Shown piece by piece: positions 60,337 to 64,000 of a DNA stretch of 64,000 nucleotides. A model generated the notes under the pieces. It saw only the letters and a list, made by a program, of their open reading frames with translations, was not told the origin of the DNA and searched no databases. The number at the start of each line of letters is the position of its first letter. The first letter of the stretch is position 1. Source of the stretch: Desulfobacterales bacterium (lineage in GTDB: Bacteria > Desulfobacterota > Desulfobacteria > Desulfobacterales > UBA5852); contig CAXXVS010000002.1 of assembly GCA_963674755.2 (NCBI GenBank), forward strand, positions 1,760,001 to 1,824,000, written 5' to 3'. The translations under genes and the position numbers were made by a program.

Positions 60337-61817
60337 TCGAGCATATTCTCCTAGGGCTGCACGCGATCGGCAACCTGCCGGCGCTCATCGCCATCATGGC
60401 GGGTGTCGTTCTGGGGATTCTGGTGGGTGTCATGCCCGGACTGAGTGCTTCGACGGGAGTGGCCCTCCTGGTGCCCTTCACCTATACCATGTCCCCTGTC
60501 GCCAGCATGCTGCTGCTGGTTTCCCTGTACATGGCCGGCGAATATGGGGGTTCCATCACCTCCATTGCCATTGGCACCCCGGGCACACCGGCGGCCGCAG
60601 CGACCCTGTTCGACGGCTACAAGCTGACGGAAAAAGGGCAGCCGGGCATGGCCCTGGGCACCTCGGTGGTCGCTTCCAGCATCGGAGGCATCATTGGGGC
60701 CTGCGTGCTGCTGGTCTTTTCGGAACCTCTCGCCCGGGTGGCCATCAGTTTCGGCGCGGCGGAGTATTTTGCCCTGGCCGTTTTCGGGCTGACCATCATA
60801 TCGAGTATGTCCGGCAACAGCCTTCTGAAAGGGTTTATCGCCATGCTCATCGGCCTCCTGCTCAAGACCGTGGGCCTCGATCCGTTCACCGGGGGGGAGC
60901 GGTTCACCTTCGGGGTGGCCAAACTCATGGACGGCATCAGCTTCATTCCGGCCCTCATCGGTCTCTACGCTTTGTCGCAGGTGTTTATCGGGATCGAGCA
61001 ATTGGGGACGAAGCTATCGGCTAAGGCGCACTATTCCTATAAGGTTCCCGGAATCAAACAACTCGCCAAACTGTGGCGCGTCATTCTGCAGTCCTCCATC
61101 ATCGGTTCGGTGATCGGCGTCCTGCCCGGGGCGGGAGCCACTATCACCTCCTTTATCTGCTACAACGAAGCCAAGCGGTTTTCGAAGACGCCCGAAATCT
61201 ATGGCACCGGATGCCTGGAGGGTGTGGCCGCACCGGAATCGGGCAACAACGCCGTCGTCGGTGGCGCCCTGATCCCCTTGTTGACCCTCGGCATCCCGGG
61301 CTCGGCCACCGCCGCGGTGCTGATCGGAGCTCTGATGCTCCACGGTCTGCTTCCGGGGCCAATGCTGTTCGTACACAATGCCGACCTGGTGTACGGTATC
61401 TTCTGCGGACTATTTGTGGCCTGCTTTTTCCAGCTGATCTTCGGTCTGGCGGGTATTCCCCTATGGATCAAGATCATCTCCACACCGCGAGCCCTGCTTC
61501 TGCCCGCCATTGCAGCCATTGCCATCATCGGGGCCTACGGCAAGGATTATAGCATGGTCGATGTCTGGCTGATGACCGGCTTCGGTTTTCTGGGCTACTT
61601 CCTGCGCAAATACAAATTCCCGGTCACGCCGGTCATCCTGGCGCTGGTCCTGGGAGGTATTCTCGAAGAGAATTTTCGGCGGGCCCTTATCATGTCGGAC
61701 GGCAGCTACGGCATTTTCTTTACGAAACCGATCAGTCTGGTCCTGCTCATCATGGCGGTTCTCTCCCTTGGCAGCCCGCTGATCATGAAAAAACTGGCCA
61801 GGGGCAAGCCGGGCTGA
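60333..61817 (+). CDS. tctA: TTT large permease
   Basis: MPGLS, YGGS...PGTP, DGY, APESGNNA, LTLGIPGS. Confidence 0.95.
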   Translation: MIEHILLGLHAIGNLPALIAIMAGVVLGILVGVMPGLSASTGVALLVPFTYTMSPVASMLLLVSLYMAGEYGGSITSIAIGTPGTPAAAATLFDGYKLTEKGQPGMALGTSVVASSIGGIIGACVLLVFSEPLARVAISFGAAEYFALAVFGLTIISSMSGNSLLKGFIAMLIGLLLKTVGLDPFTGGERFTFGVAKLMDGISFIPALIGLYALSQVFIGIEQLGTKLSAKAHYSYKVPGIKQLAKLWRVILQSSIIGSVIGVLPGAGATITSFICYNEAKRFSKTPEIYGTGCLEGVAAPESGNNAVVGGALIPLLTLGIPGSATAAVLIGALMLHGLLPGPMLFVHNADLVYGIFCGLFVACFFQLIFGLAGIPLWIKIISTPRALLLPAIAAIAIIGAYGKDYSMVDVWLMTGFGFLGYFLRKYKFPVTPVILALVLGGILEENFRRALIMSDGSYGIFFTKPISLVLLIMAVLSLGSPLIMKKLARGKPG

Positions 61818-61882
61818 TCGTCCGTTTTGCCTTGCTGAGACTGAAACCCGGTAGTTGCGAATACTTTAACAGGAGATTGGCA

Positions 61883-63352
61883 ATGTTGAACAACCCTTAC
61901 GCCGAGGTCCCCGCGGACATGGCCGTAACCGAGGCGGCGGCACGTTTTGTGGAAACCATCGCCTTCGAGGATATTCCTGCGGAGGCCAAACGGATCGGCC
62001 TCCGCTGCGTGCTCGATGGCCTGGGGCTTTTTGTGGCCGGGTCGGACGAACATGCCGTCCGGATTCTGGCCGAGATGGCGCGTTTTCAAGGCGGACGGCC
62101 GGAGGCTCTCCTGCTGGGCTGCGGCCGGGTGAAAGCCCCGGCCCCTCTGGCCGCCCGGGTGCTGGGCACCTCCGGCCACGCCCACGACTGGGACGACAGC
62201 CAGGTGAGCATCGACCCGGACCATGTCTATGGGCTTCTCACCCACCCCACCATGGCTCCCCTGTCCGCCGCCGTAGCCGTGGCGCAGGCAACGGGCAGCA
62301 TCGACGGCAGGATTTTTCTGCTCGGTTTCCTCACCGGTTTCGAGGTGGAATGCAAAATATCCGAGTGGATGCTGCCTCAGCACTACAAACAGGGATTTCA
62401 CTCCACGGGCACGGTGGGAACCATCGGAGCCTATGTCACCGCCGCTAAAATCCTGGGGTTGAAGAATGACGCTCTGCGTCGAGGTTTTGGTATCGCCGCG
62501 AGCATGGCCGCCGGCATCCGGGTCAATTTCGGAACCATGACCAAGCCCCTGCACGTGGGCAGGGCAGCGGAAAACGGTGTAATCGCCGCTCTTCTGGCTG
62601 CCAGGGGATTCACGGCCGATCCCAACGGCCTGGACGGCCCTTGGGGGTTCTTTGCGGTCCAGGGCGGCGGGATCAGCCCGGACAAAATCACACAGGGGTT
62701 TGGCGGCACGTGGGCCATCGTCGATCCCGGGGTCAGCATCAAGCCCTACCCCTGTGGTGTGCTCACCCACCCTTCCATGGACCTGATGCTGAAACTGGTC
62801 AGGAAACACGATATCCGACCGGAGCAGATCGAAGGGGTCACGCTCCATGCGGCTAGCAATATTCTCAATCCGATCCGCTATCCCATCGCCGAGAATCATT
62901 TGCAGGCGAAATTCTCCCTTCCTGCCGAGCTGGCCATGATCGCCATCAATCGCAAGGCTGGAAAACGCGAATTCAGCGACGCATTCGTCCAATCCGATGC
63001 CATGCAGGCCATGCAGCGCAAAATCAAGACCTGGCACGATCCTGAAATCGAGAAACTCGGCTTCGACAAGATGCGCTCCCGCATTGTGATACGGTTGAAT
63101 GACGGCCGAATCATCGAAGGGTCTGCGGACGAACGCTACCGCGGCGGTCCGGAGTATCCGCTAACGGACGATGAGCTGGAAGAAAAAGTCCGCTCCTGCT
63201 GCGAAGGTCTTCTGGATGCAACCGCACAGGATCACCTGATCCGGACGGTCTGGCATCTGCAGGATCTTAAAGATGCCGCCGTACTGGCGGAAGTCATTCA
63301 ACCTGAAGCCGAGCTGGTATCGGACAGCGACCGGGAAACCGTCCAAGATTGA
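61883..63352 (+). CDS. MmgE/PrpD family protein
   Basis: HAHDWDD, HP, GFHST, GTMTKPLHVG, KPYPCG..THP, KFS; AGGAG RBS. Confidence 0.92.
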   Translation: MLNNPYAEVPADMAVTEAAARFVETIAFEDIPAEAKRIGLRCVLDGLGLFVAGSDEHAVRILAEMARFQGGRPEALLLGCGRVKAPAPLAARVLGTSGHAHDWDDSQVSIDPDHVYGLLTHPTMAPLSAAVAVAQATGSIDGRIFLLGFLTGFEVECKISEWMLPQHYKQGFHSTGTVGTIGAYVTAAKILGLKNDALRRGFGIAASMAAGIRVNFGTMTKPLHVGRAAENGVIAALLAARGFTADPNGLDGPWGFFAVQGGGISPDKITQGFGGTWAIVDPGVSIKPYPCGVLTHPSMDLMLKLVRKHDIRPEQIEGVTLHAASNILNPIRYPIAENHLQAKFSLPAELAMIAINRKAGKREFSDAFVQSDAMQAMQRKIKTWHDPEIEKLGFDKMRSRIVIRLNDGRIIEGSADERYRGGPEYPLTDDELEEKVRSCCEGLLDATAQDHLIRTVWHLQDLKDAAVLAEVIQPEAELVSDSDRETVQD

Positions 63353-64000
63353 AAGGTATCCGCGTCAATCGCTTAGGCGGACCGGAGGTGCTGGAATATA
63401 CGGACCTCCCTGATCCGATTGCACAGGCGGGACAGGTTGTGATCGATGTCAGAGGGGCAAGCGTCAATTATGCCGACATCAAGGCCCGGTCCGGGCGCTA
63501 CCATTTGGGTAAAAAGCCCCCCTTCATTCCGGGCATCGATGTCGCTGGGGTCATTACCGCAACCGGCCGCGGCGTTCGGAAACTGAAGACCGGCGATCGG
63601 GTGATCGCTTTCCCGGTATCCGGGTCGTATGCCGAAAAGGCACTTGCCAGTGCCGAGCTGACCTTCAAAATCCCCGCTGCGATCGACTTCGAAAGCGCCG
63701 CCGCCTGCCCCATCGTCGCTGGTACGTCGACCCATATGCTGGTCCATGCGGCCCGTCTGAAACGGGGTGAAAGCGTGTTGGTGCACGCCGCCGCAGGAGG
63801 AGTAGGGTCCACAGCCATTCAAGTAGCCAAGGTGATCGGTGCGTCGCGGATTATCGCTTCCGTTGGCAGTCCCTGGAAGAAGAAGCATGCACACGATTTC
63901 GGGGCGGACATTGTCATCGATAATCGGTCGGGTGATTATGCCGGGGAGGTAAACCGCTTGACTGATGGGCAGGGGGTGGATGTTATCCTGAATCCCATCG
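63349..64000 (+). CDS. NADPH:quinone reductase-like MDR protein, 3'-partial
   Basis: TTG overlapping the previous stop; MKGIRVNRLGGPEVL, VNYAD, PFIPGIDVAG, HAAAGGVG. Confidence 0.88.
   Translation, partial: MKGIRVNRLGGPEVLEYTDLPDPIAQAGQVVIDVRGASVNYADIKARSGRYHLGKKPPFIPGIDVAGVITATGRGVRKLKTGDRVIAFPVSGSYAEKALASAELTFKIPAAIDFESAAACPIVAGTSTHMLVHAARLKRGESVLVHAAAGGVGSTAIQVAKVIGASRIIASVGSPWKKKHAHDFGADIVIDNRSGDYAGEVNRLTDGQGVDVILNPI

Noticed and set aside
1..64000. Many long antisense or alternate-frame ORFs (e.g. 12625..14472 +, 38644..40128 +, 48304..49869 +, 4808..6145 -, 61706..63037 -)
   Set aside because: Shadow ORFs of GC-rich genes; they have no family motifs and fully overlap well-supported CDSs
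1..64000. tRNA or rRNA genes
   Set aside because: No cloverleaf or rRNA signatures recognised by eye; tRNAscan-SE/barrnap would confirm

Overview
GC-rich chromosomal window, probably from a Desulfobacterota/Desulfobacterales-like anaerobe (inferred from gene content). Host genes, left to right: an ALDH7-type aldehyde dehydrogenase divergent from a TRAP transporter, an OsmC-like selenoprotein (in-frame UGA plus SECIS-like hairpin), MDR oxidoreductases, acyl-CoA ligases, an FNOR-cooF-cooS CO dehydrogenase operon, TatD, a two-component/glycogen/sigma54-regulated cluster, a GGDEF-EAL protein, speD-speE, an MFS pump and a GntR-TctCBA-MmgE/PrpD operon. At about 19.0-32.9 kb lies a decayed Mu-like prophage remnant whose repressor (amber stop) and Ner/Cro gene (A7 frameshift) are both broken. 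It carries an intact AT-rich four-gene module: C5 methyltransferase, MORC-type GHKL ATPase fused to a histidine kinase, a receiver domain fused to a MazF/PemK-like domain, and Vsr. This is the best candidate for an undescribed signalling-gated defence system. It is followed by cargo genes separated by fragments of one small repeated gene, and by a complete IS66 (8-bp TSD) splitting a beta-propeller gene. Non-coding highlights are a candidate ~255-nt sigma54-driven structured sRNA at 47.2-47.46 kb, three related ~146-bp MITE-like elements and a perfect 26-bp-arm palindrome. No rRNA, tRNA or CRISPR array was seen. All family assignments come from motif recognition by eye, with no database searches.
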